A stretch of 64,000 bases of DNA, from positions 7,130,001-7,194,000 of the forward strand of contig CM059432.1 of the NCBI GenBank assembly GCA_030390025.1, in the 5' to 3' direction. The DNA is from Squalus acanthias. Its lineage: Eukaryota. Shown piece by piece: positions 1 to 12,813 of the stretch. Below the pieces are notes generated by a model. It had not been told where the DNA came from and made no database searches. It saw only the letters and a list, made by a program, of their open reading frames with translations. Position 1 is the first letter of the stretch; the number at the start of each line of letters is the position of its first letter. Made by a program: the position numbers and the translations under genes.

Positions 1-650
1 CAGCAGGTCAGGCTGCATCTGTGGGGAGAGAGAGAAACAGAGTTAACGTTTCAGGTCGATGACCTTTTGTCAGGACTGGAAGGAGTTAGAGATATAACAG
101 GTTTTAAACAAGTGCAGAGGCAGGGAAGGGGAGGAAAGAACAAAAGGGAAGGTCTGTGATGGGGTGGAGGGCAGGAGTGATTAAATGGCAAAAGGGATGA
201 TGGTGCGAGGCAAAATGGGGTGGTAATGGGACAAGTAAAGAAAGAAAAGATTAATCTAAAGGAGCTGTAAGTGGTAATAGCACAATCATTACCTGCACCT
301 GCTGCCAGAGAAAATGGGAGCAGTGGTTATGACCTGAAATTGTTGAACTCGATCTTGAGTCTGGAAGGCTGTGAAGTGCCTGGTCGAAAGATGAGGTGCT
401 GTTCCTCGAGCTTCCGTTGAGCTTCATTGGAACAGTGTAAGAGGCCGAGGACGGAGTGGGATGGAGAATTAAAGTGGGAAGCAACCGGAAGCTCAGGGTC
501 ACGCTTACGGCATGAATGGAGGTATTCAGCAAAACAATCACCCAATCTGCATTTGGTCTCCCCAATGTAGAGCAGGCTGCATCGTGAGCAGCGAATACAG
601 TGTACTGAATTGAAAGAAGTACAAGTAAATCGCTGTTTAAGGGGTGTCAT
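1..650 (-). mobile_element. Penelope-like retroelement 3' part (GIY-YIG endonuclease remnant plus terminal repeat)
   Basis: ORF 327..650 reads CIRCSRCSLLYIGETKCRLG...HFN...EEQHLIF, a GIY-YIG-type domain. Terminal repeat with a decayed hammerhead motif at 41-77. Confidence 0.85.
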
Positions 651-699
651 TATGTATCGCTGCCCTCCTTTCCAAACGGAATCAGTTTATACAGTTGTT

Positions 700-915
700 C
701 TTCTTAGGCAGTCCCTCGAGACCGAGGATGGCTTGCTTCCACATTAAAAATGAGTTCTCAGGTGACTGGTGAGTCCAATGCGGGACCTACAGTCTCTGTC
801 ACAGGTGGGGCAGACGGTGGTTGAAGGGGCGGGTGGGTGGGGTGCTTGGGTGACGTGCGCTGTTTGCACTTGGCTTCCGCTTGCTCCCGGTGAAGAGACT
901 CGAGGTGTTCTGCGC
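700..915 (-). mobile_element. RTE-type LINE 3' end
   Basis: Minus strand encodes CPTCDRDCRSRIGLTSHLRTH, a C-terminal CCHH motif typical of RTE ORFs, followed by a short 3' UTR. Confidence 0.7.
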
Positions 916-1466
916 CTTGTATAAAGCTCTTGTTAGACCCCATTTAGAGTACTGTGTTCAGTTCTGGGCACCACACCTCAGGAAGGATATACTGGCCTTG
1001 GAGGGGGTGCACGTTCATCAGAGTGATACCGCAGCTAAAAGGGTTAAATTATGAGGACAGATTGCATAGACTAGGCTTGTATTCCCTTGTGTATAAAAGA
1101 TTAGGAGATGATGTAATTGATGTGTTTAAAGGAGTTGATAAGGTAGATAGAGAGAAAAAAAATTTCTCTGGAGAGGGGAGTCCAGAACAAGAGGGCATAA
1201 CCTTAAAATTAGAGCTAGTTCAAGGGTGATGTCAGGAAGCACTTCTTGACACAAAGGGTAGTGGAAATCTGGAACTCTCTCCTCCAAAAAGCTGTTGAGG
1301 CTGGGGATCAATTGAAAATTTCAAAACTGAGATTGATGGATTTTTGATAGGCAAAGGTATTAATGGATATGGAGCAAAGGTGGGTGAATGGAGTTAAGAT
1401 ACAGGTCAGCCATGATCTAACTGAACGGCGGAACAGGCTCGAGGGGTTAAATGGCCTACTCATGTT
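916..1466 (+). mobile_element. CR1 LINE 3' fragment
   Basis: Decayed [11 protein letters not shown] and [13 protein letters not shown] motifs, then a CR1 3' UTR. Confidence 0.9.
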
Positions 1467-1623
1467 CCTATCTTCCCTCTAATTTTATTTTTCGAGCGCG
1501 GTCCCTTTAACTGGCTGCGCGGCCCATTCAAATTTTCGTGCATGCGCGGTTTCTCCCATGTAAAAGCCCGTGAGCGGCCTGCGCGGGACCTCCAGGCGGC
1601 CGCACAGCTTAACAGGAACGTTG
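1467..1623. mobile_element. Short MITE, possibly hAT-like; related copy in opposite orientation at 5381-5537
   Basis: The 5381-5537 copy has AATGTTCCC...GGGAACATT ends. The two copies share internal sequence (ggctgcgc, tcaaattt..catg.gcg). Confidence 0.55.
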
Positions 1624-1934
1624 CTCCTGTTCCTATGTTCCTAATCAACACGGAGTATTTGAAAAATCAACTGCTGCAGTAGGCTGAGTTTAGTGAGACC
1701 CGTACACCAACAACTATGATGCTTACAAATGTGTTTCCTTGCGATAGTTCTTAAATGATGCATTAATCGCAGAAAAAATGCAAAAAGAAAAGATACAACT
1801 TGATTTTATATACAATCTACTCCTCTTGCTTTGAAGTTGCTTCATTCAAGTTACCTGCTCGTTCAACTTGAAATTGTGCAAAAAAAGTCTCCTGTTGAAA
1901 ATGCATTGGAACTTAAATGCTTAGTTCAGTCCTC

Positions 1935-2352
1935 TTAATTTGACGTAGAGTCATCCAGACTCGAGTCGTCGTTGGCTTGTTCTCTCTACACAGATGCGGC
2001 CGGACCTGCTGTGATTTCCAGCAAAAAAAGTTTTTTTGTTTTCCATACAGACCCCAGCATCTGCCACATTTGACCCCTTGTGACCCCACCTCATTGTCTT
2101 TGATGTAATGTTTTCCTGACTGACCTGTTTGGACACCATCCACACCTTTGATTGCCGTGATTATCTCTCTGCCGAGGTGTGATAAAGGGCAGTTAGAAAG
2201 ATTAACTGCAGTCGTCTGGCAGTGTTCTCTGACTATATATGCTGTGCCTATATGCATCTCTTCACTTCACCTGACGAAGGAGCAGCGCTCCGAAAGCTTG
2301 TGATTTCAAATAAAGCTGTTGGACCTATAACCTGGTGTTGTGCGACTTCTCA
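1935..2352 (+). mobile_element. Penelope-like terminal-repeat fragments of two families
   Basis: Decayed ctctctacacagatgc block at about 1980-2060, similar to the 34250 region. Hammerhead motif at 2267-2303 followed by AATAAA. Confidence 0.6.
2267..2303 (+). ncRNA. Minimal type I hammerhead ribozyme motif
   Basis: TCAC-CTGACGA-A-GGAGC(agc)GCTCC-GAAA-GCTT-GTGA: intact core, 5-bp stem II, palindromic AGCT stem III, 4-bp stem I. Confidence 0.7.
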
Positions 2353-3519
2353 CTCTTAATTTGAATTACTGGTTAATCCAGATTGGAATTCCAGCTCAAG
2401 TGGGATCTCCGCAGTGAAATTCAAATTCAACCCTATGATCAGTGTCAAGTGCAGTTCACCCCCCCCCCCCACCCCACCACGTGCGTGGGGATAGAGAGCA
2501 ATTTGAGCCAAGTTTTTGGGAGGAGTTTGTGAGCTAATTTCAGAAGCAGTTTGAGAGTACCGCTAGCCAGAAGTGCAAAAATTCATAATGTTGCAAAAAA
2601 AGTTAAAAGATCATGTAATATGGGATGTGCACTCTGCAGAGCTGAAGGAAGTTAGGGCGCAGAAATTTATCACCACTCTCTCTCTCTCTCTCTCCCCCTA
2701 CCTGAAAAACATGGAGAGAATTTAGCCAGCCCAAAGGGAGGATGTGCTCTACAACTCATCCTGACATCAAACTCCGCTTGCTGAGCTAGTCTAAGGAGGT
2801 CAGAGGATCTTTCTGGGCTATCTGACCTCGCCTTGCTGCAAAAAGATGAATGAATTTACCAAAGAATTTGAAACCGTGACCACGCAATCAAATCCAGGCC
2901 CACACGCGGGCAGGCAAAAGAATCGTTCCCACAGAAAGTGTCGACAGCTGAAATTTTTATCTCATCACAAGCCAGAGGTCATCTTCACTGTTGATAAAAC
3001 TGACCTTTTTTTTAAAAAAAAAGCTGCCGAACAGCTAGCTTTCATTGATGAAAAACGTTCAAGTGGAAAAGTCGAGCAGCACATTGCAAACTACTATGAA
3101 AGCAGCCGTGATCTAATTGAATGGCGAAACAGGCTCCAGGGGCTGAATGGTCTACTCCTGTTCCTATGTTCCTACTATTGTGGGGAGGGGGGGCTGGCGG
3201 GTAGTGGAAAAAAAAAATTGCCGGTAATTGAGAAGTCCAAAATCCCGGCATGTGTTTCAAGGCATTATCACTTTGCATGGAACCTACAGAAACCACAAAA
3301 TGACGTGAATGGCTGGTGGCCATTTTGAGGAGCGGTCACGTCACTTTAACCGAAGCACGGCATCGCAAGGTAGCAAAGTTGGCGTGATAGTTGACAGCTG
3401 CGGGGCTCATGTGAAATGCCTGTGTCTAAATGTAACGGAACTATTATTCCGACCAGCAAACGCGATGCCAATAAAATCCAGCCACCGATGCTGGTGTGAT
3501 TCATGCTACGAAACAGCAC

Positions 3520-3965
3520 TACAACAACAACGACGACGACTTGCATTTATATAGCATCTTTAACGTTGTAAAATGTCCCAAGGCGCTTCAGGGGGGTGTT
3601 AACGGACAAAATTTGACACCGAGCCGCATAAAGAGATATTAAAACAGGTGAGGTTGGTTTTTATAGGAGCGACTGAAAAGAGGAGAGAGAGGTTAGAGAT
3701 GAAGAGAGGTTTAGAAGGGAATTCCAGAGCCTAGGGCCTAGGCAGCTGAAGGCACGGCTGCCAATGGTGGAACGAAGGAAATCGGAGATGCACAAGAGAC
3801 CAGAATTGGAGGCGCGCAGAGATCTCGGAGGATTGTAGGGATGGAGGCGGTTACAGAGATAGGGAGGGAGCGAGGTCATGGTGTGTTTTGAATGCAAGGA
3901 TCAAAATTTTTAAATTGAGGTTTTGCCGGACTGGGAGCCAATATAGACCAGCGAGCACTGGTGTG
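3520..3965 (-). mobile_element. L2 LINE 3' fragment
   Basis: PPYLCNRLHPYNPPRSLRASNSGLL...GSRAFSCLGPRLWNSL plus a gctatataaatgcaag-(ttg)n tail. Confidence 0.85.
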
Positions 3966-4659
3966 AAAATCTATCGCTGCACATGGTGACAGCATAGCAT
4001 TTACGTTGGATGTTCTGCAGGCAATCCACTCATCACGGGAGAAGGTGAGCAGAATCTATTGCCAACTTTAACTGAAGCATTGTAACAGCCAACTCTGCTG
4101 AAACAGCAGTTCTGCATTGCGATTGCCGGCAAACAATGAGTATTGAATCCATTGTTGGTATTGGTAAGGACATCCTGGCATCCAGATTAGCTGACCCAAC
4201 ACGGAAATGTTTAATGCTGTGCGGGAAGATGCCAGCGGGAATGAGAGTGAGAAAGAGATCCAAGCAATTGGGCCCAGCGTGCAAATGAAGGTGGAGGAAC
4301 CAGCTCCCACCACGGCCATTGCGCCCAGTTCAGGAGGTAGCTGACAACTAAGCCAGATGTCCCAATGGAAATTTTCTGACATCTTTGTGGCAAATGTGCT
4401 GTTGGCAGGAACCAGTCAGAGTATGTTGACTGAGCCTCGCGTTGCATTGCGCTGCGCAGCTTGTACAGTGTTCCAGTTTTGATCACTTGCGTTTCTGCAT
4501 TTCACGAGTTGCTTTGATCTCCTCCTTATGGGTTTTTTTTCCGAGTGTTCCTGTACTGTTTTCCTGTCACGTTGAATCAAAATTGCTCATTTTAAATGAC
4601 TGGAAAGTTGTAAGCTTGTTTCAAGCAATAACAATTTTGAATTGCCAGATGTAGCCTGT

Positions 4660-5255
4660 AACACCTTATTTCATCCTTAAGATATTTCAAGATGCTTCAC
4701 ATCCAGTGAACTGCTTTTTTTAATGTAGTTAGTGTTATGAATGCAGACATCGCAGCCAATATGCACACAGTAAGATGCCACCAACAGCACATAAGATGAA
4801 TGACCAGCTAATCATTTTTGGTGGTATTTATGTCACCTGAACTGATTGACGGTGTTTCGGTTTAATGTTTCATCCAGAAGACGGTGCTCCCTCAGGACTG
4901 CACCGAAATGTCCTCCGAGATTATGTGCTGAAGTCTTAAGGGGTCGATTCTAACTCTATTCGCTCAGCAGAAACCCGGCGGGTGGGCAGTTAAAATCGCC
5001 CTGGCTCTTACCTGTCCGAAACCCGCCACGATCGCAACACCTGCAATTTTAACCTGCTCTCCTGAGCAAGCGGCAAGGACACATATGCATGCTGCGGACC
5101 GATGACATCATTGAGACCCGACTGTAATTTTAACTCGGGGGCCAGAGCGGGGAATCCACCTGGAGTTAAAATCGGGGCCCATCATGTTGAAACTTAAACT
5201 CCGAGCCTTCTGACTCAGAGGCACGATTGCTACCAACTGAGCCAAGCTGACGCCA
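4660..5255 (-). mobile_element. Decayed Deu-domain tRNA SINE interrupted by a MITE at 4940-5180
   Basis: SINE head at about 5190-5255 and body at 4660-4935. The insert has imperfect TIRs GGGGTCGATTCTAACTC / GAGTTAAAATCGGGGCCC. Confidence 0.6.
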
Positions 5256-5537
5256 CACCTGCTGTCTCAACTTTTTTGTGTCTCCATATCTTCCGCTTGA
5301 AATAGTTTTCCTCACGCCAAAGCACACAAAAACAGGAACATGTATGAATTCAGTTCAACAACTTTAAGGACAGGGCAAGTTAATGTTCCCAGTGCGGCCT
5401 GCACAGCGGTCTGGAGCTCCAGCACAGTCGGCTCACTGGCTTTTAAATGGAAACACCGCGCATGTGCGGAAATTTGAATAGGCTGCGCAGCCCGTTCAAG
5501 GGGTCGCGCACCCAAAAACAAATTAAAGGGAACATTG

Positions 5538-5985
5538 CCCGTACCCTAACCCGCCCCAAGTCCCGTTCACCCATCACCCCTGTGCTCGCTGACCTACATT
5601 GGCTCCCGGTCCAAGGACTCGAATTTAGCATTCTCATCCTTGTTTTCAAATCCCTCCATGGCCTTGGCCCCCCCTCCCTATCCCTGTAACCTTCTGCAGT
5701 CCTGCAACCCTTCAAGATCTATGCATTCCTCCAATTCTGGCCTCTTGCTCATCCCTGATTTTTATTGTTTCACCATTGGCTGCCGTGCCTTCAGCTGCCT
5801 CAGCCCTAAACTCTGGAATGCCGCCTCGCTACCGCTCCTCCTTTGAGACGCTCCTTGAAACCTACCTCCTGTCCTGTCATCTCCTTAAGTGGCTCGGGGT
5901 CAAATTTTGTTTGATAACACTCGCCTGAAGCCCCATGGGATATTTTACTATGCTAAAGGCGCTAGATAAATGCAACTTATTGTTG
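5538..5985 (+). mobile_element. L2 LINE 3' fragment
   Basis: ITPVLADLHWLPV...ILVFKSLHGL motif and an L2 tail. Confidence 0.85.
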
Positions 5986-6569
5986 CCCAGTGGCTGGGAG
6001 CTGGGGAAAGGTGGGGAAAACAGAAGACTTGTACTCGCCACCTTTGGGGAAAGTGCTTAGCCTTCCCTTGTTATCAGCCTCCTCCTGATATCCCTGCTGA
6101 GATGGGGAATTGTCAACGCAATCTTGTATTCGATCAACTTTATTGTGCAATGGCGTGAGCACATCAATAGTTTGCACTACCAGAAACAATCCCACATCTT
6201 CATTTGTTTATGTAGAAGGTGCTATTAAGGAAAAAAGCGATCAAGTTCTGTATTGTGCATGGAAAAGTATATTGAGACAAAAAGTAGAGGGGCAAGTGAT
6301 GTTGAAAGTTTTGCGGAAATCTTTCTAGTGACTTAGTCAACCAGGGACCTTTCGAGACCATTGTTTCCCCTTCAAAGTAGACTCCACTTTGAGTGCCTTA
6401 GTGGCAGCATGTATGTTAAAAAGTTTCACAAGTCAGGGCCATACTCATATAATGAATGGTAGATTATTTGGAGAGCTGAGCTCGGAACAGGCGATTGTAT
6501 CTATAAGTGAAAAAGAAGGAAGAAAGTACAAGTAAATACGCAGTGCTGAGGAAGGTTTACAGATTTCTT

Positions 6570-6810
6570 TTTTCATTATTCATTCCTGGGATGTGGCGTC
6601 GCTGGCAAAGCCAGCATTTATTGCCCACCCCTTGAGAAGGTGATGGTGAAGCGCCATTTCAGAGGGGCAGTTAAGAGTCAACCACATTGCTGTGGGTCTG
6701 GAGTCCCATATAGGCCAGACCGGGTAAGGACGGCAGATTTCCTTCCCTAAAGGACATTAGTGAACCAGATGGGTCTTTATGACAATCCGGTAGTTACATA
6801 GTCACCACAA
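6570..6810 (-). mobile_element. SINE fragment sharing its 3' tail with the LINE at 22480-24210
   Basis: Same tail (cattc..gggatgtgg.cgtcgctggcaa..ccagcatttattgccca). Body shared with 40190-40750. Confidence 0.7.
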
Positions 6811-8829
6811 GAGTACTAGATTGAGCTAAAAATGTAAAAGTTCATTTCAGAAATTGGAGTTCCCAGCTTTTAAGCATGTAGAAATGATCCCATCAACTGC
6901 AGGAAAATACGAGGACCTAGAGTGGAATAATAGGTACCATGTGCGATAATGAAATGCCACAAAAATGTTAGTCAACAAAGATTATTTTGAATATTTACTT
7001 ATGGTTAAACATGGCATTTGGCCTTAATTGTTTCCATGCTAAATAAAGTGTTTAATAGCTCATAGCAGATGAAAGATGGAATTAAAGCCTCAAGTGTGGA
7101 CAAGCCCTCAGAGTGTTAGATTAGAGGAATGTTAGATGACTTCATAGCTATGAAATTATTTCATTCCTCTTGATAATTCTGAACTTGCCAAGTTACTGAA
7201 GTTTCAGAACATTTAAACCAGATCTGAAGATAAATGTGAAATAATCTGTGCGTTTGGAATCAGTGACTGCCCCAAAGGCTCTAGTTCATACTTGACTTCC
7301 ACCGGGGAATAAAATGAGTTAGGACAGGGGTCTCGGATACCACATACTTACAGTGGGAAAGAAAATGATGTTAGCGTCTCATGTTTCTTATTATGCAGGC
7401 ATTGCACAATTATGGATGTGTTGCTTTATAAAAGAAACTACCCATTCTATACTGACCCTGTTGTAAATGGTCATTTCACTATGTTAGCTGTTTACAAGGG
7501 TCACTCTGTTAGCCCTTTGTGGGGTCGCTCTACAAAGTGCCAGCCTCGTCTTGGCAAATTTCCTAAATCCTGAAGTGCGCAATGACAACTGCGGAGGTTA
7601 TGGTGCCGCCTTATTACCCTGTTGTTTTCTTAAACATGTTGTGAACTCAAAAATAGATGTGTTACATCTCAAACACTCCTGCCTTTGGAGTATCACATGC
7701 TGGAATTTGTCCTGTAAAAATGTTTAAGGATATAATAAATTGTCTGAAACTCTGGCAGCGAGCTTAACCTACCATGCCCATTACATTGAGCATACAGGGC
7801 CTTTTCTTTTACACTAATGGAGCAATGTTGAATGGGTTGTGCGGATTCACTGGGGACAGTCGACATTCCAGATTGGTGACCTAATTAGTTTGTGTTTAAT
7901 TAAATTGATTTCTTAGACTTTCTTCCAAAGAGGAGAGACGCATTTTACAACTACCTCAGCAGCAATGCTCAAGCTTATTTTTTTTTTTCAAACCCTGCAT
8001 TTTGAGCACTTGAACATCCAGTTGGGAATCCGTGTTAATGCGTTCTTTCTGAAGGAACCAGTAACCTGTTGCTTTTTGAGCCAAGTAATTGTTCGTTTTC
8101 TACATCAGTGCCACATGCAATAAAACCGCTTTTAGTGAGAATTTATTCTTTGCTATTCTGTACAAAAGGTTAAAATGCCCTAATCCTTATCCAACAGAGC
8201 CTCAATAAAGACATTGTTTTATTTGTTGCCAAAAAAAACTTCAACTTCAAATGCAATCAGTCCCGAGAACTAAACATAGCACCCTAATAACCCCAAGTAA
8301 ATTTTAAAGTATTACCAGAACCATTGTTGGTGTAACTTTCTCATTTTGTTTTCCTCCGTTAAACTAATATTAGAGTTAACTGTCGTGTTGCCTGCATTGA
8401 CCTTATGGGCCAGCTTCAGTTTCTCAAAGAGCAATTAGCCTCCGCATTGTTCGTGAATGTTTCTTTTAAAAAAAAAATAGGCCTCCACTTGCTTCTGTGT
8501 AGCTCCCTAGGACAGTGCCGTGCTTTCTCTGTCTTGCGGCATTTCTTCCGACACATGATGCTTATGTGAATAGAAAGGTCATATATTACAAGGAGCAATA
8601 CATGGAAAACACAGCACGGCGCTACCCTGGTGAGCCACACAGAAGCGGATGCCAGGGACATTCGTAAATTGTAACTTCTAAACCAACAGCGAAATTCAAT
8701 GCAGGAATGCTGTGAGGAAGTCTTTTAACTCCCATAAATGACTTCTTTTTAAATTAAGTTCCTGTAAAGCTACATTTGCAATTGTAGCATTGTGAATAGT
8801 TTCTCCCAGATTTGTTAGTGAACCACTAA

Positions 8830-9830
8830 TTTAAAGACAACAATGATTTCACAGACATCTGTTACAAGCCCACAGACTCCCACAACTGTCTGGAGTTATG
8901 CTTTCTTCCCACCCTGCGCCCTGTAAAGACTCCATTCTTTTCCCCCAGTTTCTCTATTCCGGTGTTTCCACTTTATGCGCCAAAGCATCTGAAATTTGTT
9001 CCTTTTTCCTCTGGCTGTGGTGGACAGGATTCTTAACGGTGCCTTTCCCCCATTTCTCATGTTCCTGTTCCTGCCCCTCTCCTGACCGTTTGACCCCCCC
9101 CCGCCCCGCCATTAGCCTCCGCATTTGGCAGGTTATTTTCTGCCGACTACGACATGATCACACCACCAAGCACATCTTCCTCTCCCCTCTTTCCAAGATA
9201 CCCTTGTTCGTTCTTCCACCTCTTTGATCTCCAGCTGTCCTTACCAGCAACGTGGGAGTACCCTCACCACACGGACTGCAGCGGTTCAAGAAGGCAGCTC
9301 ACCACCACCTTCTCAAGGGCAACTGGGGATGGCCAATAAATGCTGGCCTTGCCAGCGATGCCCACATCCCATGAATGAATAAAAAATAAAACAACCCTGG
9401 GCCCTTCCCTGTGTAATTGTATCAGATGCAACACCTGTTCACTCACTCACTTCCCACCTCATTGTTCAGGGTCCCGAACACCACTTCTGTGTAGAAAAAC
9501 AATTTGTGTGTACTTCCTCTAATCTAATATACCGCACTCGCCGTCCACAGTGTGGTCTCCTCTATTACAGAAAGACCAAACACAGACTGGGCAACCACTT
9601 TGCCCAAAACCTTCATGCTGTCTACAAATGTGATCCTGACATCCCTGTGGTTTTCCACTTTCAACTTCCTCTCCCATTCCCACGCTTGACCTTTCCATCT
9701 TTGGCCTCCTACAATGTTCCAACCAAATTCAATGCCAGTTTGAAAATCAGTCTGTCCTCTTTCCCCTGAGGACTCTACAAGCCCTCTTGGCTTGAACATT
9801 GACTTTAGCAACTTAAAACCTTAGCTTAGG
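8830..9830 (+). mobile_element. Degenerate Penelope-like element (RT C-terminus plus GIY-YIG), with a LINE/SINE tail inserted at about 9245-9390
   Basis: YKPTDSH..., SSHPAPCKDSI..QFL and CTSSNLIY...CGLLY...TKHRLGNHF...HF. Confidence 0.75.
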
Positions 9831-10552
9831 TTTCCCGGCAGCTACAACTCCCTCCCCATAAATATCGGGGCCTATGTCTCCACTTCCCCCACTTTTCAAA
9901 GAAGTTTGCTTTTCTATTAGTCTGTCTTTTCTCTTTGCAGATGAGTTATGCTTTTAATATTGCTGATTTTAATTTTTATTATTGATTTTAATTTTAATCC
10001 CTATTAGTCCAGCAGCAAAATGATAAATGCTAAAAAAATATTTTGCCATGATTGATTGAACCAGGTATCCTCAAAGTTTTGTAACTTTTTACAAGCTCTG
10101 ATTGGCACAGTGAAGCTAGGTAGAGAGAACATAACCATAAAGATCTTTCAGCTCCTATCATTCTTTACACAGTTGGTAACTCCTGAAGGAGATGACTAGT
10201 TATCATTGGAAGAGGTATTCAAGTACAACCTCCTTTCATAATTCATTTTGATTTAAAGACTCCTGGTGGAGACATCACAAGTCAGTAGGACTGCAATCAA
10301 TAAAGATTGTCTCCCGCGTCGATTCATACCAGTGGAGATCTCCTTCCATAATAAAATGTGATTGATCTATTCCACTAGTAGGAAGACTTGCTTTTTCCAC
10401 TAAAATTTCGGTGAAAAGGAAATGGAGTTTTAACAAAAATTACAAATGGGACTTACTGTAAAGAAAATCAGACCAGAATGGTCTCCGTAAAGTACTTGAC
10501 ATGTCCTTGTATTAACTGCGTAGCCTATCCTGTCCTTAAAACATGCTTCTTT

Positions 10553-10974
10553 TTGTATATAGAACACTCCCCAAACACAACGGGGAACAAATGTTTCATA
10601 AATTGCATAATATTCCAGGGCTACATCAAAAGGAATTATACATTTCGTTCATGAAGCAGTATTGAATTAAACACTAGACTCCATTATGAGGTAATGTACA
10701 CACTGGCTAAATGCGAGGCTACAGGCCAAGGTATTTCTGCACTAGCAGGGGAGGCTTTTTTTTGTTAAATATCCCAAGCACCCCAGCTTATAATGGACTG
10801 TGTTTAAAAACATATAAACTGTCCTGGACACACACTGAAGGTAAAATGTTTCTTAAGCAGAGATTATGATGAGAAACTGCGACATGTATAATTCCTTTTG
10901 ATGCAGCCCTGGAATATTATGCAATTTATGAAACATTTGTTCCCCGTCGTGTTTGGGGAGCGTTCTGTATCCAA
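10553..10974. repeat. 95-bp inverted repeat (arms 10553-10647 and 10880-10974); possible Tc1/mariner-type MITE
   Basis: Hand alignment gives 89/95 complementary positions with a 232-nt spacer. TA sits immediately outside 10560-10967. Confidence 0.85.
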
Positions 10975-11419
10975 CCATATCTGAATAAATGCTGTTATCT
11001 TTGATTCAGACAGGGGAAAAAACAGATATGGGGTTTTATGCATGTGGGCAGTAAAAGCATAGGAAAGTACGAATAAGAAAATTATTTTTTTTTTGGCCCA
11101 TTAGCCTTGATGTTTTTAACAGCATGTGTCAATTTGAACTACCATGGACTCTTGCACAGCTTATTTAATAGACTGAAGTAGGTAAATAAACAAGATAAAA
11201 CATCTGAGGAGATGAAATTCTCTTGAAACTTCTCCTTGACCATTGAGTGATTTCTCCAGGCTATCAATCTATCTTACAGTTTACGTTAGTCAACCCTGAC
11301 TGGTTGTGTTCCATTAATGACATTTCCCAGCAGGACTGTTTCTAAAGAGTATTCTATCATCACTGCTTACTGCAGGGGCAGAGACCTCCAATGGTGCAGA
11401 AACGTAAGCCTCTTGTTGC

Positions 11420-11905
11420 ATCACCATCCTTTTAAGACGCTCCTTCAAACCTCCCTCTTTGACCAAGCTTTTGGTCACCTGTCCTAATATCTCCTTATGT
11501 GGCTCCGTGTCAAGTTTTGTTTGATAATCGCTCCTGTGAAGCGTCTTTAAACGTTAAAGGCGCTATATAAAAGCAAGTTGTCGTTGTTAAAGCATAGTGT
11601 TGCTGTTTTAGTGTTAGTCCAACAGTCATCAAGTGTTCATAGAATCTTACAGCACAGAGGGAGGCCATTCGGCCCATCGTGCCTGTGCCGTTCCTTTGAA
11701 AGAGCTCTCCAATTAGTCCCACTCCCCTTCTCTTTCATCATAGTCCTGCAATTTTCTCCCCTTCAAGTATTTATCCAATTCCCTTTTTGAAAGTCACTAT
11801 TGAATCTGCTTCCACCGCCCTTTCAGGCAGCGCATTCCAGATCGTAACAACTCCCTGCGTAAACAAAATTTCTTCTCCTCTCACCTCTGGCTCTTTTGCC
11901 AGTTA
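11420..11905. mobile_element. L2 tail (+, about 11420-11590) followed by a CR1 3' end (-, about 11636-11905)
   Basis: Tails match other L2 and CR1 copies in the window. Confidence 0.8.
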
Positions 11906-12813
11906 CCATCATGTTAAATGTTGCCTTTTGGCCAATTGTCCAACGTCCCACTAATGCTATTGCAAATCACAAATCCTACACCAGCAGTCTCTTGATTGCA
12001 CCCTAGATACGGTGGTGGGACCTTGTGTGCCTCCATGAACAGAAGGGTTGTACAGCAGATCATTCGTGCAACCTTACCCCACATGCCCGTACTACCCGTT
12101 AACAGTCTCCAATTTAAATTGAAAATACGAGCCGTGCTTAACCAACATAAATTAAATGAATAAATATCCTTTAACTCTAAAAAGCTTTCATTACTTCCAA
12201 TGTAAATTTTCCCCACTGCTACTAGTTTATCTAATCGAAACATTCAGGCCTTTACAGTCTACATGATCCCATCTATTTTCTTTCTCTGCTGATTTTCTAA
12301 CTGGGTCGAATGGATCCAACTGCTGTGGCTGTTTTTCTTTGACATTAACTAATATTTATAAATTAAACAAATTAATTGCACACAGACTTGCGTGCAGGAG
12401 AGCCGTGCACTTGGCCAAGTGTGCCTTGAAGCTATTGAAATGCAGCGAAGCCTTTTGCTGTTGGTGGTGTTGGTTTTCAGAATTGACTGGCTAGTCGTAT
12501 TCGGAATTGAAATGGCAATTATATTTTTAGGCTTTCCAAAATTATTATAGCTTTAGCTATTTTACTAGCTACTAACGTAATAAATCCATTAAGATTTTTC
12601 TTTTTAAAACTGCCTACAACTCGATTGTTTTGTTGGGATTGTGAAATATTATACATAGCTCTCTCTGCAGTCTACTTAATTTATATCTCTGCAGTCCACT
12701 GTAGTCTATCCCCAATAAATAACGATTAATAACCCCCAGGTAGCGATCATAATTTGAAAAGTATGCTTTGTGGTCCCGACATCTTTTGCCCTAAGCAGAG
12801 AGTTTAAAACAAT

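Noticed and set aside
41..77. Functional hammerhead ribozyme
   Set aside because: The core reads CTGACAA instead of CTGANGA and stem I has a mismatch, so it is predicted inactive.
2846..3328. 160-aa ORF as a novel gene
   Set aside because: It crosses a CR1 tail and homopolymer runs, with no recognisable domain.
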